A stretch of DNA of 64,000 nucleotides from Candidatus Eiseniibacteriota bacterium (GCA_963783375.1 CAWANH010000028.1:1024001-1088000); one strand, 5' to 3'. Shown: positions 9,783 through 19,584, counted from the stretch's first letter. A program made the numbers and translations. The notes: generated from the letters alone by a model not told the origin.

Positions 9783-10412
9783 ATGAGAGCGAAGCCCATG
9801 TTGACCCCGCTCTTCATCGGTCTGATCGCCGCCGGCGGTTGCTCGGATTCCACGACCCGGCCGCCGGTGGAGCAGCCGCCGCAGACGATCCTGCCCTCCA
9901 CCGTGGGGAGCTCCTGGACCTACCGCTGGCAGGACCTGAACGCCGGGACCACCGACACGGTGACCGTGACCGTCTTCGACACCGCGCACCGGGAACCCTA
10001 CGGGACGGTGGCCCTCCTCGCCGTGGAGCACCCCGACCGCACCGACACCCTCTTCCAGGCGGTCTCCGGCGACACGGTGAAGATCGAGTCCTACGGCCCG
10101 TACCCCTACTACCCGACCCCGGTCTGGTTCGTGCTGCCGCTCGAGGTGGGCTCGATGTGGCATGGGGCGGTCTGGGTGGACACCACCTGGGTCGAGGGAC
10201 AGGGCGCCCTCACCGTGCCCGCCGGGACCTTCACCGACGCGTTCCGGATCCACGAGACCTGGTGGGGATTCAATGCCGGGGGCGACGTGACCACGTGGGT
10301 CGTACCTGGCGTGGGGATCGTGAAAGAAGAGCGGTGGGAGTACGACCTCGGCCCGGGTCCGCACTACACGCGCGAGCTGACCGCCTACCACATCGTCCCG
10401 CTGGATGAGTAG
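9783..10412 (+). CDS. Hypothetical lipoprotein
   Basis: Lipobox AGGC; VPAGTF...W.VPGVGIVKE motif typical of small beta-rich lipoproteins; GC-rich third positions. Confidence 0.75.
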   Translation: MRAKPMLTPLFIGLIAAGGCSDSTTRPPVEQPPQTILPSTVGSSWTYRWQDLNAGTTDTVTVTVFDTAHREPYGTVALLAVEHPDRTDTLFQAVSGDTVKIESYGPYPYYPTPVWFVLPLEVGSMWHGAVWVDTTWVEGQGALTVPAGTFTDAFRIHETWWGFNAGGDVTTWVVPGVGIVKEERWEYDLGPGPHYTRELTAYHIVPLDE

Positions 10413-10418
10413 CGCCTC

Positions 10419-11242
10419 GTGAACGAACCGCTCTTCATCCGCACCTACGGCGATCGCGGGCCGGCGGTGGTGCTGCTCCACGGCGGCCCCGGCGCGCCCG
10501 GGACCCTCGCATCGCTGGCCCGAGGCCTCGCCGCGGACCACCGCGTGCTGGAACCCTACCAGCGCCGAAGCGGCTCCGAGCCCCTCACCGTGGCCCGCCA
10601 CGTGGCCGATCTCCACGAGCTGATCGCGGCGCGTTGCCCGGACGAAGCGCCGGTCCTGGTGGGCTCCTCCTGGGGGGCGATGCTGGCCCTGGCCCACGCC
10701 GCCGCCCATCCCGCCGACGCGCGGGGCCTGGTGCTCGTCGGCTGCGGCACGTTCGATCCGGACGCCCGCGAGCGCTTCCGGCAGACCGTGGCCGAACGGA
10801 TGACTCCCGAACTCCAGGCCCGCTACCAGGGGCTGGCCGGGGAGATCCCCGACCCCGACGACGGCTGGCCGCGGCGGGCCGGCTCTTCCAGGCGCTCTAC
10901 GCGGCCGGACCGGTCCTCGAGGATCCCGATGACCCCGCCGCCCCGTCCCCCGACGCCCGCGGCCACGAAGAGACCTGGAACGACATGCTCCGGCTCCAGG
11001 CCGAAGGAACCTACCCCGCCGCCTTCGCCGCGATCACCGCGCCGGTGGTGATGCTCCACGGCGACTTCGACCCCCATCCGGGGCGGATGATCGCCGACTC
11101 GCTCCGGCCGCACCTGTCCGGGCTCGACTACGTGGAGATCGCGGGCGCGGGCCACGAGCCGTGGCGGGAGCGGGACGCGCGCGCGAGGTTCCTCGCGCGC
11201 CTCCACGACACGCTGCTCGAGCTCACCGGCCGCTCAGCCTGA
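10419..11242 (+). CDS. Alpha/beta hydrolase, one frameshift at ~10862
   Basis: LLHGGPG, GSSWG nucleophile elbow in the first frame; LHGDFD and GAGHEPW in the second frame. Confidence 0.82.
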
Positions 11243-12298
11243 GACCTCCTCCGCCGCCCGTTCCCGCTCCAGCATGTAGTCCAGGACCACCAGGAGCAGG
11301 ATGTTCAGCCCGAGACCCACCAGGGCCTCGAACTGCTTCTCGTAGAAGAGGAAGATCTGGGTGAGGAAGATCGTGACCAGGACCGAGCGCTTGAAGTCGC
11401 GGAAGGCGAGGAGCCGCGACCGGCGGAGCCGTATCACCCCCAGCACCACGAACACCGCGGAGAGGAGGGACGAGCCGATCTGGGCCGCCTCGATGAACGA
11501 GAGGTGCTCGACCCGGGCGGCGATGACCCCGAAGATGCGGCTGGCCAGCAGCTGGTCCCGCCCCATCCCCACCAGGAACACCAGCACGAAGACGTAGGAC
11601 AGGCGCAAGAGGACCTGCCCCACGAAGAAGATCACCAGGGCGGCACGGAAGCCGGGAAGGCCGGCCACCCGGGCGTAGAGGGCGTGGAGCCGGTGCTTGA
11701 ACCGGGCCCAGGGCCCCGGCGGCGGCTCGGGCACCAGCTCGATCCGGGCCAGGAGATCCTCGAGGAGCGGGACCAGGGGGTTCTCCGGGTCGCTTCGGGC
11801 CAGGTGGCGGAGGGCGCGTTGCTTCTCCTCGCGGTCGAGGTCCCGGAGCGCCACCTCCTCCATCTCCTTGAGGGCGTTCACCAGATGCTCCTCCGGCGTG
11901 TAGCCGCGAAGGCGCCGGATCCCCAGACCGGCAAGGATGAGGAGCACGATGACCGCGTACATGATCGCGACCGCGGGGCGGAAGAAGTAGTCGTTGTCGC
12001 TGGTCATGAACTTCCCGACCTCGTCGATGAAGAGGCCGAAGCCCGTGCCCCCGAGGACCATCGCGAAGCGGGTGGTGCGCCGGCTCAGGAACGAGGTGAG
12101 GAGGAGAATGGCCAGGGCCATGAGGAGGCCGCCCCAGAGCACGTGGGCCACGTGGAGGGTTTCGCCTCCCAGCCGGGGATAGCCGGTCAGGTGGAGATAG
12201 AACCGGACCGCGAGCACGGTGGCGACCGCGGCCACCAGGAAGTACTCCAGGTAGTCGGTGCTCTTGGCGTCCCGGATGAAATGGCGCTGGCGTCCCAC
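11234..12298 (-). CDS. Hypothetical multi-pass membrane protein
   Basis: Several hydrophobic segments, HVAHVLWGG and GFGLFIDEVGKF..DNDYF motifs; GTG start with AGGA RBS just after the upstream gene. Confidence 0.75.
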   Translation of the reverse strand: MGRQRHFIRDAKSTDYLEYFLVAAVATVLAVRFYLHLTGYPRLGGETLHVAHVLWGGLLMALAILLLTSFLSRRTTRFAMVLGGTGFGLFIDEVGKFMTSDNDYFFRPAVAIMYAVIVLLILAGLGIRRLRGYTPEEHLVNALKEMEEVALRDLDREEKQRALRHLARSDPENPLVPLLEDLLARIELVPEPPPGPWARFKHRLHALYARVAGLPGFRAALVIFFVGQVLLRLSYVFVLVFLVGMGRDQLLASRIFGVIAARVEHLSFIEAAQIGSSLLSAVFVVLGVIRLRRSRLLAFRDFKRSVLVTIFLTQIFLFYEKQFEALVGLGLNILLLVVLDYMLERERAAEEVSG

Positions 12299-12306
12299 GA
12301 CCGGTC

Positions 12307-13278
12307 CTATCCTTCTCTCTCCGGTCCGGCGGAAAGGCCGAAGCCCTCCAGGAGCACCGGGGTGAAGTCTTCCAGGCGCCGGAGCCGGGGGGCCAACGCC
12401 TCCGCCCCCGCGCCGAACACCAGGGCGGGGACCGGGTTCAGGGTGTGCATCTTGGTGCCGAGGTCCTCGATGTTCCCGTGGTCGCTGGTGAGGATGACGG
12501 TGGTTCCGGCCAGGTCGACCCGGCGGAGCGCCGTCCCCAGGAACCGCTCCAGCTTCAGGAGCTCGTGAACCGCCTTGGCCTCGTCCCGGGCGTGCCCCGC
12601 CTTGTCGGTCTGGAAGAACTCGAACAACGTGAAGTCGGACTCGCCGGAGAGAGCGGCCAGGATCTCCCCCGCGCGCTCGGGGCTCCTCTCGGGAATGTCG
12701 TAGCCCCGGGCCCGGATGGAGTCGTGGGTGATGTCCTGGTACACCGCCCGCCCGGCCAGAAGGTCGTCCACGGTCCGGAACGGCAGCCCCGCGGCGTGGT
12801 TGGTCCAGGTGGTGGCGCTCATCCCCCGCTTCCACACCGCGTCCCCCAGCTCGAAGAAGAGGGGCCGGAACGCGTTCACGAAGGCGGCCCGCCGGCCCCC
12901 CTCGCGGAGCCGCTTCATGATCGAGAACCGGAGCAGCACCTTCTGGAGGGTGGCCAGGGGAACCCCGTTCAGATGGCGGCCCAGGATCTCCGCCGCGTTC
13001 TCTCCGGTGAAGATCGCGGTCTGTCCGGTGGCGCTCTGGGGAAGGCCGGCCACCCCCAACGAGGCGTCCACGGCCACCACCCGCCCGTCGAACGGGAGCG
13101 GTTTGCCGCGAAGCACCTCGGGGAGCGCGCCGGGCCTCCCGCCTCCCTCGGGGGGTGCCCAGCTTGCGGGGCGGAAGTTTCCCAGCAGATCCAGATCGGG
13201 GTGGCGGACCGGGTTCGAGACCCCCTCGGGATCCCCGAGCCCCAGGCCGTCCACGAAGATGAAGAGAATGCGATTCAC
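12307..13278 (-). CDS. Alkaline phosphatase-superfamily metalloenzyme (cofactor-independent phosphoglycerate mutase-like)
   Basis: FVDGLG, GLPQSATGQT, TDKAGH, TSDHGN, HT.NPVP metal-binding motifs. Confidence 0.85.
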   Translation of the reverse strand: MNRILFIFVDGLGLGDPEGVSNPVRHPDLDLLGNFRPASWAPPEGGGRPGALPEVLRGKPLPFDGRVVAVDASLGVAGLPQSATGQTAIFTGENAAEILGRHLNGVPLATLQKVLLRFSIMKRLREGGRRAAFVNAFRPLFFELGDAVWKRGMSATTWTNHAAGLPFRTVDDLLAGRAVYQDITHDSIRARGYDIPERSPERAGEILAALSGESDFTLFEFFQTDKAGHARDEAKAVHELLKLERFLGTALRRVDLAGTTVILTSDHGNIEDLGTKMHTLNPVPALVFGAGAEALAPRLRRLEDFTPVLLEGFGLSAGPEREG

Positions 13279-13413
13279 GATGAGCCCTGTCCGTTCGTGC
13301 CCGCCGAAGGCCGCTGCATGTCGTTGCGCTCCCGGAGTTCCGAAGTCTACCCGGGAAGAACCGCTCCCCAGTCTACCGGGGGAGCGGCCGGTCATGGTAT
13401 AAAGTGCCCCTTC

Positions 13414-14772
13414 ATGACCTACGTCACCGCCGACAATCCGGAGACCGGTTCCCGGGACGGAGTGCGCCTTCGGGGGGGCGCCTATCGTGACGTCGAATCG
13501 CTTGCCGCCCCTCCCGCCTATCGCGCCGGCGCCCTCTACTCGATCTACCCCCGCGCGTTTTCCGCCGCCGGCACCCTGGCCGCGATCCTTCCCGAGCTGG
13601 ACCGGATCGCCGAGCTGGGGGCCACCGCCCTCTGGCTTCTCCCCATCCACCCGGTGGGTCGCGAAGATCGAAAGGGGTCGGTGGGTTCGCCCTACGCGAT
13701 CCGGGACTATCGCGCGGTGGATCCGGCCCTGGGGACCCTGGACGATCTCCGCCGGCTCACCGAGCGGGCCCACCAACGGGGGCTCGCCGTCCTCATCGAC
13801 CTCGTGTTCAACCACGCGGCCATCGATCCGGTCGCGCGCGACGCCCATCCCGAGTGGTTCGCGGTCGACGCGGACGGCCGGCCCTCCCGCCGGGTGAGCG
13901 ACTGGTCCGACGTGGCGGACTGGCGTCACGACGCGCCCGGCGCCGCCGAATACCTGGTGGAAAGCGCGGCCTACTGGGTGCGGGAAGCCGGGATCGACGG
14001 GTATCGCTGCGACGTGGCGGGGATGGTCCCGGCCTCGGTCTGGAAGGCCGTCCACGAGCGGCTGGGCGCGCTCCGCCCCGACCACTTCATGCTGGCCGAG
14101 TGGCAGGACCCCGCCCTCCACACCGTCGCCTTCCACGCGTCCTACGACTGGGTGCTCTACCGCGCGCTCAAGGACGTGGCCCTGGGGCGGGCCCCCGCCC
14201 GCGCCGCCGCCGCCGCCCTCACCGCCTGGGGGGAGAACTTTCCCGCCGCCGCCCTCCCCCTTCGCTTCCTGGAGAACCACGACGAGCCCCGGGCGGTCGC
14301 GATCTTCGGGCGGCTCCGGCTTCCCGCCTACGCGGCGGTGGCGTTTCTCTCCGGCGGCCTCCCGCTCCTCTACAACGGGCAGGAGATCGGGGCCACCCGT
14401 CGCCCGAGCCTCTTCGAGACCGAGCCGATCGACTGGTCCCGCCCCGGCGCCGACGCCGGCCGGCTCTACCGCGGGCTTCTGGACCTCCGGAGGCGGAGCG
14501 ACCCCTGGGGGTCGGGGCCGGCGGCGGTGGTGGGCACCGACCGGGCGGAGGCGGTGCTGGCGTTCACCCGCGAGGGGGCGTCCCGACGGGGCCTCGTGGT
14601 GGCGAACCTGGCGCGCGGCGAAACCGCGGTGCGCCTGACCGGGAACGACGTCGGCGGCCCCTTCAAGCGGATCGGGGGGGAGTTCGCCCCGGTGGGGCCG
14701 GACGCCGTGGAGGCGGGGGGGGTGATCCGGCTGGCCGCGGGCGAAGCGTGGATCGGGGAGGGGACGCGATGA
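13414..14772 (+). CDS. GH13 alpha-amylase family glycoside hydrolase
   Basis: WLLPIHP, GSPYAIRDY, DLVFNH, DGYRCDVA, LAEW, FLENHDE, LYNGQE. Confidence 0.9.
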   Translation: MTYVTADNPETGSRDGVRLRGGAYRDVESLAAPPAYRAGALYSIYPRAFSAAGTLAAILPELDRIAELGATALWLLPIHPVGREDRKGSVGSPYAIRDYRAVDPALGTLDDLRRLTERAHQRGLAVLIDLVFNHAAIDPVARDAHPEWFAVDADGRPSRRVSDWSDVADWRHDAPGAAEYLVESAAYWVREAGIDGYRCDVAGMVPASVWKAVHERLGALRPDHFMLAEWQDPALHTVAFHASYDWVLYRALKDVALGRAPARAAAAALTAWGENFPAAALPLRFLENHDEPRAVAIFGRLRLPAYAAVAFLSGGLPLLYNGQEIGATRRPSLFETEPIDWSRPGADAGRLYRGLLDLRRRSDPWGSGPAAVVGTDRAEAVLAFTREGASRRGLVVANLARGETAVRLTGNDVGGPFKRIGGEFAPVGPDAVEAGGVIRLAAGEAWIGEGTR

Positions 14773-14857
14773 TCGGCCGTACCGCCGCGCGCGCCCGCCG
14801 AGGCCTCGGGGGAGGCGGACGGCGACGCCGCGGAGGCGGGCCGGGGAGGAACGGAAG

Positions 14858-15709
14858 ATGGCGGTGAGACCGGAACCCGCCCGCCGCACCGGGATCCTGG
14901 AACGCGTGCTGGACCGGTGGGAGACCGAGGGACCGACCCGCCCCACCGCCGAGGCGTTGGACGGCCTTCACGCGGCGTGGCTCGGCCACGTGCCCTTCGA
15001 GAACGCCAGCAAGCTGGTCAAGGCGGCGCGGGTCATGGCTCCCGACGCCGCGGTCCGGGGACCGGTGGAGTTCTGGGAGGACCATCTCCGGTGGGGAAGC
15101 GGGGGAACCTGCTTCGCCTCGACCTATGCCTGGCAATTCCTGCTTCGATACCTCGGTTATCCCTCCCAGCTCCTCTTCTGCCACCTTCCGGCCGAGAAGC
15201 CCCAGGCCCACACCGCGCTGTGCGTGGAGGCGGACGGGGCGCGCTGGCTGGTGGACGTGGGCTACGCCCTTCCCGCTCCGGTCCCGCTTCCTACCGGCGC
15301 CGCGGTCCGCCGGCGGGCGCGCTTCTACGACGTGGAGATCCGGCGCGGACCGAAGGGCGAGTACCTGGTGTTCAGCGAGGACGACCGGGGCCAGCGGTTC
15401 CGGTACCGGTTCGAGCTCCGGGGGGCCAGCGACACCGCCTACCTCGAGGCGTGGCGGACGACCTTCTCGCTGGAAGCCCCCTACATGCGCCGGCTGGCCC
15501 TCGGACGGTTCCGGGAAGACGCACGATACCTCTACAAGGCCGAGGGGCGGATCTACGCGATTACCCGAAGAGGAGAGCGGGAAATCACCCTCCCGGGACC
15601 GCCGGTCAAGGCCCTGGCGTCCACGTTTGGGCTGAGCGAACCCCTTGTGCAGGCAGCATTTGGGGCACTGAAGCGCCTCCAGGGACTTCGGGCCGGGATA
15701 TCCGGATAA
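14858..15709 (+). CDS. Arylamine N-acetyltransferase family protein
   Basis: HVPFEN, GGTC (catalytic Cys), HTAL, LVDVG. Confidence 0.8.
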   Translation: MAVRPEPARRTGILERVLDRWETEGPTRPTAEALDGLHAAWLGHVPFENASKLVKAARVMAPDAAVRGPVEFWEDHLRWGSGGTCFASTYAWQFLLRYLGYPSQLLFCHLPAEKPQAHTALCVEADGARWLVDVGYALPAPVPLPTGAAVRRRARFYDVEIRRGPKGEYLVFSEDDRGQRFRYRFELRGASDTAYLEAWRTTFSLEAPYMRRLALGRFREDARYLYKAEGRIYAITRRGEREITLPGPPVKALASTFGLSEPLVQAAFGALKRLQGLRAGISG

Positions 15710-15770
15710 GTGAATCCTCAATTTGGCGGTTGACCCGCCGATCTGGTTTTACCTAAACTCTTCGTCTGAG

Positions 15771-15789
15771 ATTGAGACTGAGTCTCAAT
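15771..15789. promoter_or_regulatory. Perfect 9-1-9 palindrome, probable Fur box
   Basis: ATTGAGACT-G-AGTCTCAAT directly upstream of fur. Confidence 0.8.
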
Positions 15790-15827
15790 TGCATGCAAGC
15801 GATCGAAGACCCCAGCCCGGAGCGAAC

Positions 15828-16328
15828 ATGGTCAACCCCAACGACATGAGCGCGGTGCGCGAAGGAGACGGCAAGGACGAGGGGCCCTATGCCCGGTTCG
15901 AGGCCTATCTCCGCTCCCACAATCTGCGGATGACGCCGGAACGCCGGTCGGTGCTCGAGGTGATCCTGAACCGCCACGGACACTTCGACACCGAGGAACT
16001 CCTTCAGTTCCTTCGCCGCCGGCACAAGCGGGTGAGTCGCGCGACCCTCTACCGCACCCTCGACCACCTGCGGACGGCGGGGCTGGTGAAGATGCACCGC
16101 TTCGGGCGCGGGCACGCCCTCTATGAGCATATCTACGGGCGGCAGCACCACGACCACATGGTCTGCGACGGATGCGGCACGGTCATCGAGTTCGTGAACG
16201 AGGACATCGAGCGGCTCCAGGACGAGGTCTGCGGGCAGCACGGTTTCAAATCCACCAACCACGTCATGCAGATCTTCGGGCTGTGTTCGGCGTGCCAGGC
16301 GCAAGCCGGGGAAGGGAGCAAGGGGTAG
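15828..16328 (+). CDS. fur: Fur-family transcriptional repressor
   Basis: LRMTPER, SRATLYRTL, HHDHMVCDGCG, GLCSAC. Confidence 0.92.
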   Translation: MVNPNDMSAVREGDGKDEGPYARFEAYLRSHNLRMTPERRSVLEVILNRHGHFDTEELLQFLRRRHKRVSRATLYRTLDHLRTAGLVKMHRFGRGHALYEHIYGRQHHDHMVCDGCGTVIEFVNEDIERLQDEVCGQHGFKSTNHVMQIFGLCSACQAQAGEGSKG

Positions 16329-16358
16329 GGCGCCTTCGGCCGCCCCATCCACGCGATC

Positions 16359-18596
16359 ATGGCCAGCATCACCGAAACCGCAGCTTCCTGCCACGGCGCC
16401 GCCGCCGAGTCCACGGCCGGGCCGGCCCCGACCGGCCGCCTGGTCCTGGTCGGAAACCCCAACGTGGGGAAGAGCGTCATCTTCGGCTTCCTGACCGGTC
16501 GCTACGTGACCGTGTCGAACTACCCCGGGACCACCGTGACCCTGACCAAGGGACGCGCCCGCCACGGCATCGACCTCGATGGCCGGATCGATGAGGACGG
16601 GGACGCGGGGGGACGCGGGCGGAGGCGTGGGCGGAGGCGCGGAGCGTCTGCGGACGACCCGGCGCATCGCCGGCGCGATGGCCAAGGTGGCGGCCACGGC
16701 CACGGCCGTCACGCGAGTTCGCTGGAGGTGATCGATACCCCGGGGGTGAACAGTCTCATCCCCATGTCGGAGGACGAGCGGGTGACCCGGGACGTCCTCC
16801 TGGAGTCCCCGGCCGAAGCGGTGATCCAGGTGGCCGACGCCAAGAACCTCCGCCGCTCGCTCCTCATCTCCTCCCAGCTCGCCGAGATGGGGATCCCCTT
16901 CGCCCTGGACCTCAACATGACCGACGAGGCGGGGAACCTCGGGGTGGAGGTGGATGAAAAGGCCCTGGCCGAGGCCCTGGGGATCGACGTGGTCCGGACG
17001 GTGGCCGTCCGCCGGAAGGGATTCGACGATCTCCGCCGCTCGCTCCGCGCCCAGCGCCGGGCCCGGCTCGAGGTGGCCTACCCCCAGGCGGTGGAAGCGG
17101 CCATCGCCGAGATGGCCCCCCATCTTCCCGAGTGCCACATCACCAAACGGAGCCTGGCGGTCATGGTGCTCTCCGGGGACGAGTCGCTCACCCCCTGGCT
17201 CCGTGACCGCACCTCCGAGGCCTCGGTCCAGGCCCTGGAGGCCATCCGCCTCCGGGCCGCCTCCCGGAGCCCCCAGCCCCTGGGGCTGGTGGTGAACGCC
17301 GCGCGGCTCCAGGCGGTGGACCGGGTGGTGGAGCGGGTCGAGGTGCGCCCCCGCCGGCGGCAGGGCTCGATCCTCGACACCGTGGGCTACCTCGCCATGC
17401 ACCCGATCTGGGGGATTCCGGTGCTTCTGGCCGTGCTCTACGGCATGTACCAGTTCGTGGGGGTCCTGGGCGCGGGGACCATGGTCAACTTCCTCGAGAC
17501 CACGGTGTTCGGGCACTACCTGAGCCCCTGGGCCATCCACGCCACCGACTTCCTCCTCCGCTTCCCGCACCAACACCTGGTGGAGAACGGGGTGATCCTC
17601 CCCGACTACACGGTGACCGCGGCGCACCTCGCCTGGTGGCAGACCGGGCTGAAGTTCCTCCACGACCTCCTGGTGGGCCCCTACGGCCAGGTCACCATGG
17701 CCCTCTCCTACGCCATCGCGCTGATCCTTCCCATCGTGGCCACCTTCTTCATCGCCTTCGGCCTTCTGGAGGACTCCGGGTACCTGCCGCGGCTCGCGGT
17801 CATGGTGAACCGGATCTTCCGCACCATGGGGCTGAACGGGAAGGCGGTGCTGCCCATGGTGCTGGGCCTGGGTTGCGACACCATGGCCACCCTCACCACC
17901 CGGATCCTGGAGACCAGGAAGGAACGGATCCTGGTGACCCTGCTTCTCGCCCTGGGGGTGCCCTGCTCGGCCCAGCTCGGGGTGATCCTGGGCATGATCC
18001 GGGCGCTCTCCCTGGGGGCCACCCTGGTCTGGGGCGGCTCCATCGTGCTCACCCTGTTCGCGGTGGGGTGGCTCGCGGCCCGGCTCGTCCCCGGCCAGAG
18101 CTCCGACTTCATCCTGGAGCTTCCCCCCATCCGCCGGCCCCAGCTCTCCAACATCGTGGTCAAGACCCTGGCCCGGATCGAGTGGTACATGCGGGAGGCG
18201 GTGCCGCTCTTCCTCCTGGGCACCCTGATCCTCTTCGCCGCCGACGCCTTTCATGTCCTGGGGGTGGTGGAGCGGGTGTCGGCCCCGGTGGTGCACGGGG
18301 TTCTCGGGCTTCCTCCCCAGGCGGCCCAGGCGTTCCTGATCGGGTTCCTCCGCCGGGACTACGGCGCGGCCGGGCTCTACGATCTCTCCCGGCAGGGACT
18401 CCTGGATCCGGTGCAGCTCATCGTGTCCATGGTCACCATCACCCTCTTCGTTCCCTGCATCGCCAACTTCTTCATCATGATCAAGGAGCAGGGGATCCGG
18501 ACCGCCATGGCCATGGTGGCCTTCATCGTGCCCATGGCCTTTCTGGTCGGAGGCGCCCTCAACTGGGGCCTCCGCGCCCTCGGAGTCACGTTCTGA
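16359..18596 (+). CDS. feoB: Ferrous iron transporter FeoB with an Arg/Gly/His-rich insert in the G domain
   Basis: GNPNVGKS, NYPGTTV, DTPG, NMTD, EDSGYLPR, GLGC, PCSAQ, FVPCIA. Confidence 0.93.
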   Translation: MASITETAASCHGAAAESTAGPAPTGRLVLVGNPNVGKSVIFGFLTGRYVTVSNYPGTTVTLTKGRARHGIDLDGRIDEDGDAGGRGRRRGRRRGASADDPAHRRRDGQGGGHGHGRHASSLEVIDTPGVNSLIPMSEDERVTRDVLLESPAEAVIQVADAKNLRRSLLISSQLAEMGIPFALDLNMTDEAGNLGVEVDEKALAEALGIDVVRTVAVRRKGFDDLRRSLRAQRRARLEVAYPQAVEAAIAEMAPHLPECHITKRSLAVMVLSGDESLTPWLRDRTSEASVQALEAIRLRAASRSPQPLGLVVNAARLQAVDRVVERVEVRPRRRQGSILDTVGYLAMHPIWGIPVLLAVLYGMYQFVGVLGAGTMVNFLETTVFGHYLSPWAIHATDFLLRFPHQHLVENGVILPDYTVTAAHLAWWQTGLKFLHDLLVGPYGQVTMALSYAIALILPIVATFFIAFGLLEDSGYLPRLAVMVNRIFRTMGLNGKAVLPMVLGLGCDTMATLTTRILETRKERILVTLLLALGVPCSAQLGVILGMIRALSLGATLVWGGSIVLTLFAVGWLAARLVPGQSSDFILELPPIRRPQLSNIVVKTLARIEWYMREAVPLFLLGTLILFAADAFHVLGVVERVSAPVVHGVLGLPPQAAQAFLIGFLRRDYGAAGLYDLSRQGLLDPVQLIVSMVTITLFVPCIANFFIMIKEQGIRTAMAMVAFIVPMAFLVGGALNWGLRALGVTF

Positions 18597-18823
18597 TGAC
18601 GTTCACCTGTCCCGTCTGCGGCGGCGAGCTGAAGGAGCACGTCTCCGGCTGCTCGACCTGCCCCATGAACGGCGGTTGCGAGATGATGTGCTGTGAGAAC
18701 TGCGGATACGAGACGGTGGCCCCGAAGTCGGTCACCGTGGACTTCGTGAAGCGGCTCCTCAAACTGGGTTCGCGGAAGAAACCCGCCGAGACCTCGGCGC
18801 CGGTGAAGGGAGGCGATCGATGA
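18596..18823 (+). CDS. Small Cys-rich protein (75 aa), translationally coupled to feoB
   Basis: TGATG overlap; MTFTCPVC...CSTCPM..GCEMMCCENCGY; ATGA overlap with the next gene. Confidence 0.75.
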   Translation: MTFTCPVCGGELKEHVSGCSTCPMNGGCEMMCCENCGYETVAPKSVTVDFVKRLLKLGSRKKPAETSAPVKGGDR

Positions 18824-19494
18824 GCGAGAGAACCCTCTCCACCCACCCTGAATTCCTGAAGCAGCCCACCGACGAGATCCTGGAGAGCCTGTGGCTCCGG
18901 CGGGAGGAGGCGGCGACCGGGGTGGTGCCCGACGGCGAGCCCACCCTGGACCGGTCGGCGGTGGATCGGATGGTGAGCGACGGTTACGTGCTCTGGAGCG
19001 GCGACCGGCCCGTCCTGACCGAGTCGGGGGAGGAGCGCGCCCGGGCGGTGGTGCGAAGCCATCGCCTGGCCGAGCGGCTCCTGGCCGACGTGCTCGGGGT
19101 GCCGGCGGGGGAGGCGGAGAAGACCGCCTGCCTGATGGAGCACATCCTGAGCACCGCGGTGACCGACGCGGTGTGCGGCTTCCTCGGGCACCCGCCCACC
19201 TGCCCGCACGGGCGTGAGATCCCCTCCGGGCCCTGCTGCGGGGAGCGGAAGAACGGGATCAAGCCGCTGGTGGTGCCGCTGAACGAGCTGGAGCCGGGGC
19301 GTTCGGCCCGGGTGATGTTCATCGCCCCGGGGGTGATGAAACGGCTGGAGCGCCTCGCCAGCTTCGGCCTGGTGCCGGGAACGGTGGTGGAGCTCCGGCA
19401 GAAGCGGCCGTCCTTCGTGATCGAGATCGGGGGGACGACGCTCGCGCTCGAGGGCGAGGTGGCGGGCGGGATCTTCGTGCGCCGGGAGAGCTAG
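18820..19494 (+). CDS. DtxR/MntR-family protein with C-terminal FeoA domain
   Basis: LTESG...HRLAERLL...ACLMEH...LGHPPTCPHG..IP, then FeoA-like RLASFGLVPGT. Confidence 0.88.
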   Translation: MSERTLSTHPEFLKQPTDEILESLWLRREEAATGVVPDGEPTLDRSAVDRMVSDGYVLWSGDRPVLTESGEERARAVVRSHRLAERLLADVLGVPAGEAEKTACLMEHILSTAVTDAVCGFLGHPPTCPHGREIPSGPCCGERKNGIKPLVVPLNELEPGRSARVMFIAPGVMKRLERLASFGLVPGTVVELRQKRPSFVIEIGGTTLALEGEVAGGIFVRRES

Positions 19495-19498
19495 CGAA

Positions 19499-19537
19499 GC
19501 CGGCATGCTCCGCCCGGCGGGGAGCCGGCGCCTTTTT
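19499..19537 (+). terminator. Probable intrinsic terminator after the feo operon
   Basis: GC-rich hairpin (GCCGGC...GCCGGC) followed by TTTTT. Confidence 0.5.
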
Positions 19538-19545
19538 CGGGTGTT

Positions 19546-19564
19546 GTTGCGATAGAGTCTCAAT
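19546..19564. promoter_or_regulatory. Second Fur-like box
   Basis: GTTGCGATA-G-AGTCTCAAT, 15/19 identical to the 15771 palindrome with a perfect right arm; just upstream of the porin RBS. Confidence 0.7.
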
Positions 19565-19584
19565 ATCAGTATATGGAGGAATGT

